A stretch of 63,481 bases of DNA, filler included, from Theionarchaea archaeon (GTDB taxonomy: Archaea > Methanobacteriota_B > Thermococci > Methanofastidiosales > SZ-28-30): NCBI GenBank assembly GCA_018992565.1. It is 5 parts of 5 records of this genome, joined end to end, with 100 filler letters (N's around TTAATTAATTAA, not from the genome) between each part and the next. Parts side by side here need not be neighbours in the genome. Positions count along the whole stretch, not along the records: positions 48,082 to 56,084 come from JACVGW010000104.1; positions 56,185 to 63,481 come from JACVGW010000106.1; 3 more parts are not named here. One strand, written 5' to 3'. The translations under genes were made by a program, and so were the position numbers. Below are positions 51,766 to 60,913 of this stretch, one piece after another. Below the pieces are notes generated by a model. The model was not told the origin of the DNA and ran no database searches. It saw only the letters and a program-made list of their open reading frames with translations. Every line of letters begins with the position of its first letter. Position 1 is the stretch's first letter.

Positions 51766-52100
51766 GGCATTACTTCATCGAGAACATGGAATGCATGCCT
51801 GAGATGGGGGATGGTAATAGAACCACCCACGATAAGGGCAACAGCAAGAGCATCGCAGAATTCTTCCCGGGTTACTCCTGTATCTCTGCACTGGATAATG
51901 TGATAGGTTATGCAGTCGTTGCAGCGGAGAACGGTAGAGGCTACCAGTCCCAGAAGCTCCTTGGTCTTAGGGGGTAAGGCACCTTCCCTGTAGACTGCAG
52001 TGTCCAGGTTAAAAAAGCGCGTGATCTCCTTGTGGTGGGTGCCCAGAATTTTCTCGTTCATTTTTCTCCTGTATACCTGGAATTCATCAATTGTTGTCAT
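51762..52100 (-). CDS. Carboxymuconolactone decarboxylase/AhpD-like protein
   Basis: GALPPKTKELLGL...RCNDCITYH. Confidence 0.88.
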   Translation of the reverse strand: MTTIDEFQVYRRKMNEKILGTHHKEITRFFNLDTAVYREGALPPKTKELLGLVASTVLRCNDCITYHIIQCRDTGVTREEFCDALAVALIVGGSITIPHLRHAFHVLDEVMP

Positions 52101-52198
52101 AGAGCTTCTAAGGATGGGGCTCTTAAAAGCGGTAGCCATAACCTCAGATGCGACCTCTCGTGCAAACCTTTATATGAGCTCTCCCGCGAACCAGGAGA

Positions 52199-52900
52199 AT
52201 GCCAATACGAGCTGTCTTTTTTGATCTGGGAGGAACTCTGGTGGGCAATGACCTCAATATATATGAGACATTTCACAGGATCCTGGAATCTCAAGGGATC
52301 TCTGTTTCTGCCCAGCAGGTTGAAGAGGTCTTTGTCCGGGTTAAAGCAGGAGAAGGCCTAATTTTCGACCAGCTCTTGGGGAAGATACCTCCCAATGAGC
52401 TGTACAGCCTGTGGGACAGCATGATCCTACGGGCCCTGGGCATAGAAGATGATGGAACTCTGGCACACATTATCGACAGCGAATGGAACACTATCAGTGC
52501 CCCTTTTGTATATCCTGATGTTGTTCCTTTCCTATCCTTCCTGAAGAAGAGGGGAATAAGAACTGGAATTATCTCTAACGCGTACCAGGAAGAAATACAG
52601 AGGATATTAGAAATGGTAGGGCTTGATCCGTTGGAGTTTGACATTATTGTGGGAGGAGACACAGTGAAGAGAGTCAAGCCTGATCCCCTAGTCTTTCAGT
52701 ATGCAGTGGAGGCCCTGGAGATAGCACCTGTTGAAGCACTGTACGTAGGCAACCTGATGGAGAAGGACTATTCTGCAGCAGAAAAGGCAGGGCTAATTCC
52801 TTTTCTGGTGTTGCGTTCTCCCTCGGATGATTTGCCAGAAGGAACAAAGGCTGTCACCTCTCTTGAAGCTCTGCAAGACGTAATGAGGGATACTCTTTAG
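52199..52900 (+). CDS. HAD family hydrolase
   Basis: FFDLGGTL, ISNA, KPDP, YVGN..EKD. Confidence 0.88.
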   Translation: MPIRAVFFDLGGTLVGNDLNIYETFHRILESQGISVSAQQVEEVFVRVKAGEGLIFDQLLGKIPPNELYSLWDSMILRALGIEDDGTLAHIIDSEWNTISAPFVYPDVVPFLSFLKKRGIRTGIISNAYQEEIQRILEMVGLDPLEFDIIVGGDTVKRVKPDPLVFQYAVEALEIAPVEALYVGNLMEKDYSAAEKAGLIPFLVLRSPSDDLPEGTKAVTSLEALQDVMRDTL

Positions 52901-53047
52901 CTCATATACCTGATGAGAACAGAATGAACCATGATAGTGAAGGACCTGCCTACAGTTGATTCAAGAGAAGACATAAAACCTCAAAAGCAAGCAATCAAGA
53001 AAGAAGAAAGAAGAAAAGAATAGGGTTGATCAGGGACACCAGTCATG

Positions 53048-53215
53048 TCACCAGTTGTACCAGCTCCTCATCATTGCAGTATCAGTGGTGAGCCGATCAA
53101 CTTTAGTCTCCAGTTGATCAGAGTAATCTGGAACATGAGACACGGTCTGAGAAACAGTCCTTCCCAGACGTACTACCCTGTTTCGTACATTTCCCTTGAA
53201 ATTTACAACATTCAT
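53048..53215 (-). CDS. Putative 55-aa small protein with Trp-rich C-terminus (...TAMMRSWYNW)
   Basis: AAGGAGTGA RBS before ATG; long pyrimidine tract downstream on the minus strand; not in the ORF track. Confidence 0.55.
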   Translation of the reverse strand: MNVVNFKGNVRNRVVRLGRTVSQTVSHVPDYSDQLETKVDRLTTDTAMMRSWYNW

Positions 53216-53445
53216 GTTGAATCACTCCTTTTTAGTGTTTAAGACCCTAAAGGTCTATATCATCATATGAAAATTAATATATAAACATTTCGACAAAAAG
53301 AGTGCGTAAAAGACATAATATGACAGAAATATTACATTTATGGGGCTTTTTTACATGAGATATGTATTGGATACAGGGGACATGCATAATGTTTATATGC
53401 CACACATTTGTACCGTATAGAGGAGGGACTATCATCAACCCTATT

Positions 53446-54984
53446 ATGAAAACGCTGCTCTTGATAGACAAACTCAGTAAGGAACAGCTAGAAACCCTTC
53501 TGGCGGGTAAGTCTGTGACCTGCGATGATCACATTCTTACGCTGGACTCCTTTAAAGAGAATGGAGAGTTCAAGGAACCCTACAGGACAGCACTGGTTCT
53601 GAAGGTTCTGGGTAAGACGACGGGTGCATTACTGTGCGCTCTCAGTCTCATTGACTGCGAAGACGGTACATATGGCAGACGAATTGGACAGGAGCTGGAA
53701 AAGGATGATAATTATATTCGGCAGCTTCTCAACATCATGGAGTTGATAGGGATTCTCGAATCTTCTGAAGGAAAAGGAAAACAGAAAATATTCACGTTAA
53801 AGGAGGACCTGATTATTCTACCCCGTGACCAGCTCGGCCGGATGGTTGAAGGACATCCTGTATCTATTGAATTGCTAATTTCTCGCGAACTTGAAAAAGG
53901 TTCTATCTGTCTTGAGGATCTGTTTTCCGCATTATACGATAATGCTATCAACCAGATTGTGCAGCAGGATGATAAGAAAGAGAAATTCGAAATCGGCCAG
54001 CTCATTGAATCCTTGGTAAAGAGTGGCGTCGTGCGCACGTTTGAGACTTCCTCCAGTAAGCGTTTGACCCAGGAAGGATTTATCACATTTTATCAACTTC
54101 TTGAACTCTTGAAAGCAGTCAAGGAAAGAATCCCTAAGGATGAGCAGAAAAATGTGAGGAGTTCCGACCTCACCCGCATCATTGAGGAGGAATTGCACAA
54201 CAGGGACGAGACTGGAGAACTCGCCAGGAGGTACAGGAACTATGTGCAATACCGAATGCGAAAGCAGATAGTCACTGCAAAAGGAACTGCTTCCATTGAT
54301 TTCGCCACTTTGAAGAATCGCATTGACAAGATGGCGAATCAGAAGGGGCTGCGCCTGTCCAGCAAGATGAGAAACGTCCTCGCTGAAGATTTAATCAGCG
54401 GGTTGAAAGGACTTCCCATTACATCGTTTAAAGACGCCTTTCTTGAAAGCTTCATTGACAATCTACTGGAAGATAAGTTCTTGATTACTTCATCAGAAGA
54501 CTTGATGAACAAGGCAGAGACGCTACTGCGTGTGGGTACGCGACTCCTGGAAAGCGCCAGGGATATCCAGGACCTGGATGCCTCCAAGAGCAGAGAGTTT
54601 GCAGCTGAAGCCAGCCTCAGCGTGCTTTCTCTCCTTCTCCTCCTACAGGGAGAGTCTCCTCCTCAGAAACTATCCCTGATGAACAAGGCGTTTCTCAAGA
54701 AAAAAGGGAATGGGTCGATTTTCGCGTCAGTAGTAGAGGATTTCTCGTCTCTGAAAAAGGATAAGGAGTTGAGGGAGAAAGAGGAATTCATGGAAGTTGA
54801 AAAAACCCTCAAAGAGCAGTATGAAGCCTTTGATATGGGACGGTTTCTCATCACGTACTTGAAAATGGTGTCAGGTGAACAGACAGAAGAGTTTTCTCTC
54901 CAGCAATTCATTGAAGCCACTGAGATTCTCCGGCTGTCCGGTGGATTACTATATGAATTCAGAATAAAGCAAATGGAAGGATAG
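53446..54984 (+). CDS. Hypothetical multidomain protein (wHTH, ATP-cone-like, HEPN-like)
   Basis: 512 aa ORF; domain calls by eye only. Confidence 0.6.
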   Translation: MKTLLLIDKLSKEQLETLLAGKSVTCDDHILTLDSFKENGEFKEPYRTALVLKVLGKTTGALLCALSLIDCEDGTYGRRIGQELEKDDNYIRQLLNIMELIGILESSEGKGKQKIFTLKEDLIILPRDQLGRMVEGHPVSIELLISRELEKGSICLEDLFSALYDNAINQIVQQDDKKEKFEIGQLIESLVKSGVVRTFETSSSKRLTQEGFITFYQLLELLKAVKERIPKDEQKNVRSSDLTRIIEEELHNRDETGELARRYRNYVQYRMRKQIVTAKGTASIDFATLKNRIDKMANQKGLRLSSKMRNVLAEDLISGLKGLPITSFKDAFLESFIDNLLEDKFLITSSEDLMNKAETLLRVGTRLLESARDIQDLDASKSREFAAEASLSVLSLLLLLQGESPPQKLSLMNKAFLKKKGNGSIFASVVEDFSSLKKDKELREKEEFMEVEKTLKEQYEAFDMGRFLITYLKMVSGEQTEEFSLQQFIEATEILRLSGGLLYEFRIKQMEG

Positions 54985-54992
54985 TGAGAAAG

Positions 54993-56084
54993 CTAATCTG
55001 AGGATTTTCTTATCCTGACCGCGATGCTGTTGAATGTGGGTCCTCCTCCAATCTCTTGGGTAATCCCCGGAGTAAGGCTGTTTACAGGGATACCATGAAG
55101 ATCATTGCCCTGGCGAGGTATCCACACTGCCCCAGGGGGAATCGAAACTGAGATCACAGCCTTCATAGCTATGCTTCCCAGTTCATTATACAGGATAATG
55201 ATATCAGAGTCTTTGATGTCATTTCTGAGTGCGTCTTTTATCCCGATGAACACCAGGGGTGGAATAGGTCCATATATGTCCTGGAATTGTGTATGGGTGT
55301 AATTCCTCATTGAACTGGTCAGGAGAGTGTAGTCTTTCTCATCTGAGGAGAGAGGATGTTGAACAGGGAGGGGTGACGCATGGTATTCCCCAGCTTTCGT
55401 TGAGGCCAGCTCGATCTTGCCTGTGGGAGTCTGATATTCATCGCACGGATTCATACGTAGAGCAAGGGTGCTACCTGTTCTCAAGTCCTGGACACTTCCA
55501 TTTTCGAACGCATGTTCCAGTGCCTTTTCAATCGCCTTCCAGCAGTCTTCACATACCCAGGTAGTATCAAGACCAAGCCTGTGTGCAAGCTGCGCCATGA
55601 CCCACAATTCTGACCTGCTCTCTCCCACAGGAGGTATAACCTGGCTGGACTTTCTAACATACCGGTGGCCCCAGGGGATAACCACATCTTCTTTTTCTAG
55701 AAAGGTGGGTGCGGGCAAGACTATGTCTGCACAGGAAGCAGTTTCTGTCCAGTGGGTATCATGGACAGCCACAAAAACATCATCTCTCTCGAATCCTCTG
55801 CGGACAGCTGCAGCATTGGGCAGTGTTTGGGCGGGGTTCATATTATGGACATACACAAATGGATAAATCCCCTGTTCAAGCAGAGAGCCTACAGCTACCT
55901 GACTCACAGATTTCACAGGCTTTTTGGCCAGAGATTCTCCCGTAAGATATAGATAATCAATGGAAAAGCCCTGTGCGTTGGAATAAAAAAACCCTCTGTG
56001 TACGCCTGATACTGCAGGTAGTAAAGAGACTGCCCTTACTGATTCAGACCCGTACACACTCTTCTGCATTCCTATGCCTATCAA
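54993..56084 (-). CDS. Molybdopterin-dependent oxidoreductase, C-terminal part (5' truncated)
   Basis: NPAQTLPN, HDTHWTETASCADIVLPAPTFLEKED, TPTGKIEL, molydopterin dinucleotide-binding C-terminus. Confidence 0.88.
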   Translation of the reverse strand: MIGIGMQKSVYGSESVRAVSLLPAVSGVHRGFFYSNAQGFSIDYLYLTGESLAKKPVKSVSQVAVGSLLEQGIYPFVYVHNMNPAQTLPNAAAVRRGFERDDVFVAVHDTHWTETASCADIVLPAPTFLEKEDVVIPWGHRYVRKSSQVIPPVGESRSELWVMAQLAHRLGLDTTWVCEDCWKAIEKALEHAFENGSVQDLRTGSTLALRMNPCDEYQTPTGKIELASTKAGEYHASPLPVQHPLSSDEKDYTLLTSSMRNYTHTQFQDIYGPIPPLVFIGIKDALRNDIKDSDIIILYNELGSIAMKAVISVSIPPGAVWIPRQGNDLHGIPVNSLTPGITQEIGGGPTFNSIAVRIRKSSD

Positions 56085-56184
56085 NNNNNNNNNNNNNNNN
56101 NNNNNNNNNNNNNNNNNNNNNNNNNNNNTTAATTAATTAANNNNNNNNNNNNNNNNNNNNNNNNNNNNNNNNNNNNNNNNNNNN
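56085..56184. other. Artificial contig-join spacer
   Basis: N-TTAATTAATTAA-N. Confidence 0.97.
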
Positions 56185-56237
56185 GCCACAAAAACTAACA
56201 CAACCCAGATGCCTAAAGCTTGCCAGTATATGTTCAT
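56185..56237 (-). CDS. N-terminal fragment of a membrane protein (MNIYWQALGIWVVLVFV)
   Basis: AGGAGG RBS; truncated by contig end. Confidence 0.5.
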
Positions 56238-56315
56238 GTTACCCTCCTAAACGTTGATTTTTCTGTAAGGATATGATTCACTTGATTTTCAGGCTGATAA
56301 GGGTTTTGGTGGTCT

Positions 56316-56343
56316 CACATGTTGGCAAATGTTTACATAAGTA
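56316..56343 (+). repeat. Left terminal inverted repeat
   Basis: Matches reverse complement of 58986-59013; first 14 bp perfect. Confidence 0.75.
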
Positions 56344-56898
56344 AACGTAATAGCTGTGGTTTCTAGTTTTATGTAGATTTCTCAAAATAGGAAAAGCGGA
56401 GAAAAATCGTGATTGCTCTAATGAATTTGGAATATTTGACTGTTTTGAATTTTATACTCTCTATGTTAATTATCAGAAATAATATCGCATCTAAGGCTCT
56501 TAAAAATTATTATGTTGATCTTATATTTTATATTATATCTCTGTTGCTTTCTATTTTTAGTTTAGTATTTCGAAAAATGGTTTCTTATGTCACCACAAAT
56601 TCATAGACAATATGAAACCAGATTGTATCTGGCTTAATATTCCAAAATTCCATCTTAAGAGATGTAAGAAATAACAAATTTATCGAAAGATATATAAACC
56701 TTTATACTTCTGCCTATGTAGAAAATTGAGGGGATACCGAGAAAAGTGAATTCCCTTAAAAACACGAAAATGATCCACGGTCAATCTGCGGAATCTTAAC
56801 TTACTACAGATTGACTACCTAAACGGGATCAAGACAACATCAACTTCTGATTAGGGTCTGTGATGTGGGTCACTAGAACAAAAATAGATGTGGAGAAT

Positions 56899-57126
56899 AT
56901 GTATGAATTACTCGTAATTCTCGTTGGTTCTGTCCTCGCATATTCTGTCTACAGGATAATCGAGCACAGGAGGAAGAAGGAAGAACAAAGAAAGAAACAC
57001 AATGAAGTTCAAAGGAAATGGAGAGAAAAACAGAAAAGGAAACACCTTTTCTGGCAAATGGTAGCTATAGTCTCTACTATTGCTTTGATAATAATCGTCA
57101 TTGCAGTATGTTTCGATCTTCTTTAG
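56899..57126 (+). CDS. Small two-TM membrane protein with basic loop
   Basis: Hydrophobic-charged-hydrophobic 75 aa ORF, GGAG upstream. Confidence 0.55.
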   Translation: MYELLVILVGSVLAYSVYRIIEHRRKKEEQRKKHNEVQRKWREKQKRKHLFWQMVAIVSTIALIIIVIAVCFDLL

Positions 57127-57351
57127 TTTCTTTGGCTTCGATTGATGTTTTCGCACAGCCAAGAGGGTTGCCACAATCCATACGGATATGACTTAAGAGG
57201 ATACTGCATTTCCGAGAAGATATCCTAGAGGAAATTGTACTGGTTGCATCCAGATAAGGAGTGTCCACAAGCCAAATATGATAATGAGAATTATACTCAG
57301 CATCATAAGTTTTCACACTTCATTTAATTCGTTAACCAAGTCTTTTTTCAT
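57120..57351 (-). pseudogene. Probable degraded small membrane-protein gene
   Basis: GGAGGTGA RBS, then one frame MKKDLVNELNEV*KLMMLSIILIIIFGLWTLLIW...AVSS*VISVWIVATLLAVRK with in-frame stops at 57313-57315 and 57193-57195; 3' boundary approximate. Confidence 0.35.
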
Positions 57352-57555
57352 TTCTTCATTAATACTATCACCTCCTTTTATACGCTAAACGAATCTACAT
57401 TTTGAATTCATTAATAATTTAAGCTGAAAAAAGAACAGAGAGCCTGAGGGGGGTGAAAGATTAGAAGTGTTTACAGGCCCTCTGCTGTGCCACTCAGTAA
57501 AAATCCTTTCGGCCTCTGTCCGATTCGATTCTTGCGGTACTATGTGAGAAGGTAA

Positions 57556-57681
57556 TTATCTCGGAATTTCACCGATGCGAGGATATGTCCTTCCTTTCTT
57601 TTTTTCTTTTTCTGGATTGCTATCCTCTCTTTCCCTGTTTTTCTCCTTTTCCAGGTCATCCGGCATGATTGATTCTCCCAT
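57556..57681 (-). CDS. Putative 41-aa highly charged small protein (MGESIMPDDLEKEKNREREDSNPEKEKKKGRTYPRIGEIPR)
   Basis: AGGAGG RBS; divergent from the Lrp-like regulator. Confidence 0.4.
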   Translation of the reverse strand: MGESIMPDDLEKEKNREREDSNPEKEKKKGRTYPRIGEIPR

Positions 57682-57789
57682 ATTTCTACCTCCTTTTTTT
57701 TGTCTCGGATTTTCATTGGTGGAGGCTTGAAATCTCCACGACAGATAGGTTTATAAGCGAGAGCTAGATAACAGTTACGGTGATTTAAC

Positions 57790-58767
57790 ATGCCGAAGTG
57801 GTCGAGGGTACAAATAGAAGACTATTACCACTCTTTGTATCTCTTATTATTGAATGATGCGAGGCAGAATTTCTCTAAAATCGGAAGAAACCTCAATATC
57901 AATGATAAGAGTGCTGCAAAGCTTTACAGGTGGACTTTAGCTGAAGGAGTATTGTCTCCACCATTTCTCAGATTAAATACGTTCCTGAACTATCAGGAGT
58001 ACACATACTTCATGAAGTTTAAGGATGCACAATCAGTCTTCATGAAAATGATTGACGATCCACGCATTATTTATATGGCGCATTGCTCTGGTGCATTCGA
58101 TCTCATGGTGATGTCTCGTGAAAAGATTGATTTCTCCATGGAAAAGGGTTTTGATGGATTCGTTCTGAGTGGACCTAGAAGCGATTTCATATATAACAAA
58201 GTAGAAAGAAGGTCTATGGATGAGTACTACACCATGTTTCAAGATTTCTTAAATACGGGGGAGTTCATTGGATCAGAATTAACATTCTCAGTGAGGAATG
58301 AATTGGTATGGGATGAACAAGACCTCTCTTTGTTTAGATTGTTGAAAAATGACTTGAGAATGAAATATATTGAGATTATTCGCTGCTTCGGTTTTTCTAA
58401 ATCGGTATTCTATGACCACCTTCATAATGTCATGAATACGTGTACAGCATGGATACCATATTATCCACGCGGATATTCAAATTACAATGGTTATTTCATA
58501 TTGTTCAAAACAGATTTTGAGGGGCAGTTAGTAGACATGCTGAGGAAAATGCCTGTGCACTGCCCCATCCTCAAAGTTGATAAGTGGATTTATGCCTATA
58601 TCTTACTAGAACGGAACTTCCTGCAAAATGCCTTTTTTGACTTTCTCAACCTCATGAGTACGTCTGGGTTTGTAGAGGAGTATAAGTATTCTGTTCCAAT
58701 TTCCAACTTTACTAGGAAATGGACTACCCAGGATTTCCCCCACCGTTCCCGATACCTGAGAGAGTAA
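57790..58767 (+). CDS. Tandem-domain Lrp/AsnC-like wHTH regulator
   Basis: Two HTH-like units (DARQNFSKIGRNLNI; WDEQDLSLFRLLKNDLRMKYIEI) and RAM-like SGAFDL. Confidence 0.7.
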   Translation: MPKWSRVQIEDYYHSLYLLLLNDARQNFSKIGRNLNINDKSAAKLYRWTLAEGVLSPPFLRLNTFLNYQEYTYFMKFKDAQSVFMKMIDDPRIIYMAHCSGAFDLMVMSREKIDFSMEKGFDGFVLSGPRSDFIYNKVERRSMDEYYTMFQDFLNTGEFIGSELTFSVRNELVWDEQDLSLFRLLKNDLRMKYIEIIRCFGFSKSVFYDHLHNVMNTCTAWIPYYPRGYSNYNGYFILFKTDFEGQLVDMLRKMPVHCPILKVDKWIYAYILLERNFLQNAFFDFLNLMSTSGFVEEYKYSVPISNFTRKWTTQDFPHRSRYLRE

Positions 58768-58912
58768 GTGGAGAATCTAGGATTGATGCAGGTAACACAA
58801 CTGTGTCGCGACTATTCTCAATTGGGCTATCTAGTGTTTCAGCCAGCAAGTTGGACACTCCCCCCAATAAGAGGAGGGTAGCAAACACCATGGCAAGTAT
58901 GTTCTTATTCAT
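58724..58912 (-). CDS. Small secreted peptide (signal peptide + Gly-rich C-terminus GIGNGGGNPG)
   Basis: GAGGTGA RBS; MNKNILAMVFATLLLLGG signal-like N-terminus. Confidence 0.65.
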   Translation of the reverse strand: MNKNILAMVFATLLLLGGVSNLLAETLDSPIENSRDTVVLPASILDSPLTLSGIGNGGGNPG

Positions 58913-58985
58913 CTTTTCACCTCTTCTATTAATCCAAAGTAGTTTTTAAAAGGTTATGTTTTCTTTGGAGATAAAAGATTTCTGG

Positions 58986-59013
58986 TACGTAAGTAAATGT
59001 TTGCCAACATGTG
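58986..59013 (-). repeat. Right terminal inverted repeat
   Basis: Reverse complement of the left TIR (24/28). Confidence 0.75.
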
Positions 59014-59201
59014 GGTCTGGTCTGTTTACAGACTCCTGAGATAGTCTCCTTTCATTTACTGTCTGATGAAATCATGGCAAAGAATGCCAACAAGGACTCA
59101 GGATAGCCACTCATGGTAAGGGGGCACCAGCATAACATTAATAACCTCAAAAAGCGTATGACTGATGACCTCTATATGAAAGGTTTCACCTAGGTGGTTG
59201 T

Positions 59202-60485
59202 ATGCTGGATAACCTGAGAGCTGTAATCAGAAGGCGGACAGAAAATCCGTATCTGGAAACCCGGTCTGACACAGGAGGGTTTATACTCATGACACTGTTG
59301 AGAGAAGGTCCAATGAGTCTGCGGGAACTGGAAGAAAAGTCCTTCATTCTCATTTCTCAAGTGGGGTTTCACGGAAGTAAACATGAAAAGAACCACCCTT
59401 TTGATATTCCTCTGGAGATGGAAACTCTCTTGAAAGAAGGGCTCGTGACAGTGAGAGAGGAGTGTTACGAGCTGACAGATCAAGGCAGATCAACCGCTGA
59501 AAAGAGTGCAGAAACGATTGAAAGAGGTGCACAGTGGGTCAAAGCCAATATTGTGAATCCTAAAGCAGCTGCCCGAAATACGGTGGTTGCCGATCTCTTT
59601 TTGGCTATAATAAAATTGGGAGCTGCCCTCCTCAGTGGCAGCGTAGGGTTACTGGCTGATGGGGCGGATGCAGCAGTGGACACAGGGTCAGCTGTTGCTG
59701 TGTGGCTGGGTATGAAGGCAAACAGGGAAGTCCTATCAACCGCGGTCATTGTGTGTATGATGGAAGTAACGGGGGTCACTGTAGGATATGAATCAGTCAC
59801 CAAAATCATGGACATACCTCGAGGAATGGTTCAACCCCTGGCTCGACCGTATCTGGTGATTATGGTGGAAGGGGTAGCTTTGGTCTTTGCTGCTCTTCTG
59901 TGTTTCTACCAGGGGTTCACAGGAAAGCGGTTTGGGAGTCTTGCTCTCATATCTCAGTCAATTGATTCAAGGAACCATATGTATGTGGCCACAGCTGTTA
60001 TTGCAGGAGCGGTGTTTTCGCTTGTAGGTATCCACTTTGTGGATGCTCTCATTGGGCTGTATGTTTCCTTCAAGATAATAAGAGATGGGCTTGGCCTTTC
60101 CAGAGAAGTGATTTCTTCATTCAAAGGTGAACCCGTGGATTTCTCCAAGTACGAGGTGCTCCTGGAGAGGCGCTGGAAGGCTGGGCATGAAGATGCAGTC
60201 AGAACCTGGATTCTGTACCTCTTGAGAGATGGTGGACTAACCAGAGAAGAGCTCATTAATGCTCTGGAAAGAACGCTCAAGCGTGCCTATGTCCCACTGG
60301 TTTCAGAGTTTGGATTTGCTCCTGGAACGGGTTATGACTTTAAAGAGCAGTTTGAACAGCTTGTCACTCCGTTGTTGGCTGGAGACGCCCTGAAGGTGGA
60401 AGGTGATACCTTCCTCTTGACTGAAACAGGTTCGTCCAGCCTGAAAAGCACCCTGAAGAATCTCAGGTTCTTTCAACTGGATTGA
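59202..60485 (+). CDS. Cation diffusion facilitator TM domain flanked by wHTH-like domains
   Basis: KL...SGSVGLLADGAD, GSLALISQSIDSRNH, VDALIG; YELTDQG and FLLTETG wing motifs. Confidence 0.75.
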   Translation: MLDNLRAVIRRRTENPYLETRSDTGGFILMTLLREGPMSLRELEEKSFILISQVGFHGSKHEKNHPFDIPLEMETLLKEGLVTVREECYELTDQGRSTAEKSAETIERGAQWVKANIVNPKAAARNTVVADLFLAIIKLGAALLSGSVGLLADGADAAVDTGSAVAVWLGMKANREVLSTAVIVCMMEVTGVTVGYESVTKIMDIPRGMVQPLARPYLVIMVEGVALVFAALLCFYQGFTGKRFGSLALISQSIDSRNHMYVATAVIAGAVFSLVGIHFVDALIGLYVSFKIIRDGLGLSREVISSFKGEPVDFSKYEVLLERRWKAGHEDAVRTWILYLLRDGGLTREELINALERTLKRAYVPLVSEFGFAPGTGYDFKEQFEQLVTPLLAGDALKVEGDTFLLTETGSSSLKSTLKNLRFFQLD

Positions 60486-60742
60486 TGTTCAGGATGGACT
60501 GCTTCACTCCATCAATCCTTATATTTGGAGAAAAATGCAATATATCCTGAACATTCTTCTCCCAAAGTACTTGAGAAAGACTATACTGCCACGAATAGAA
60601 TCCCCGAGAGTGCACTGTTCAACAGTGGCAACGACGGTATCCAAGCTTCTGCTCAGAAATCCCATGTATTTGCAGAAAGGGAAAGTTTTATATGTACTGT
60701 AATATTCCGGTCAAAGTAGTAATAATACAGGAGATGAATGAC

Positions 60743-60910
60743 ATGTGTGAGAGCAAATGCAAGACTGAAGGTCGCTGCGAACATGCAGAGGATGCACGAG
60801 GTTGTGCTTTGAAGCACATAGCAAAGGCACGAGAAATGCTGGCTGAATCCCGATATGAAGAAGCAGACGTCCTGCTGCGTGCTGCTGAGGATCATCTCAA
60901 AGACGTGTAG
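60743..60910 (+). CDS. Small Cys/His-rich protein
   Basis: MCESKCKTEGRCEHAEDARGCALKH; AGGAG RBS; first gene of the operon. Confidence 0.6.
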   Translation: MCESKCKTEGRCEHAEDARGCALKHIAKAREMLAESRYEEADVLLRAAEDHLKDV

Positions 60911-60913
60911 TGG

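Larger units (their letters stand above)
56316..59013. mobile_element. Putative non-autonomous transposable element with cargo (28-bp TIRs, 5-bp GGTCT target-site duplication)
   Basis: Left end CACATGTTGGCAAATGTTTACATAAGTA vs reverse complement of right end CACATGTTGGCAAACATTTACTTACGTA (24/28); GGTCT at 56311-56315 and 59014-59018; AT-rich interior; no transposase. Confidence 0.7.

Noticed and set aside
56421..56435. 15-nt identity (ATGAATTTGGAATAT) with the start of the 24-aa ORF at 49580
   Set aside because: AT-rich, similarity ends after five codons, different contigs; probably coincidence.
57303..57323. Minus-strand ATGAAGTGTGAAAAC (MKCENL*), resembling the precursor start
   Set aside because: It stops after six codons, has no RBS at the right spacing and no CPP core; chance match.
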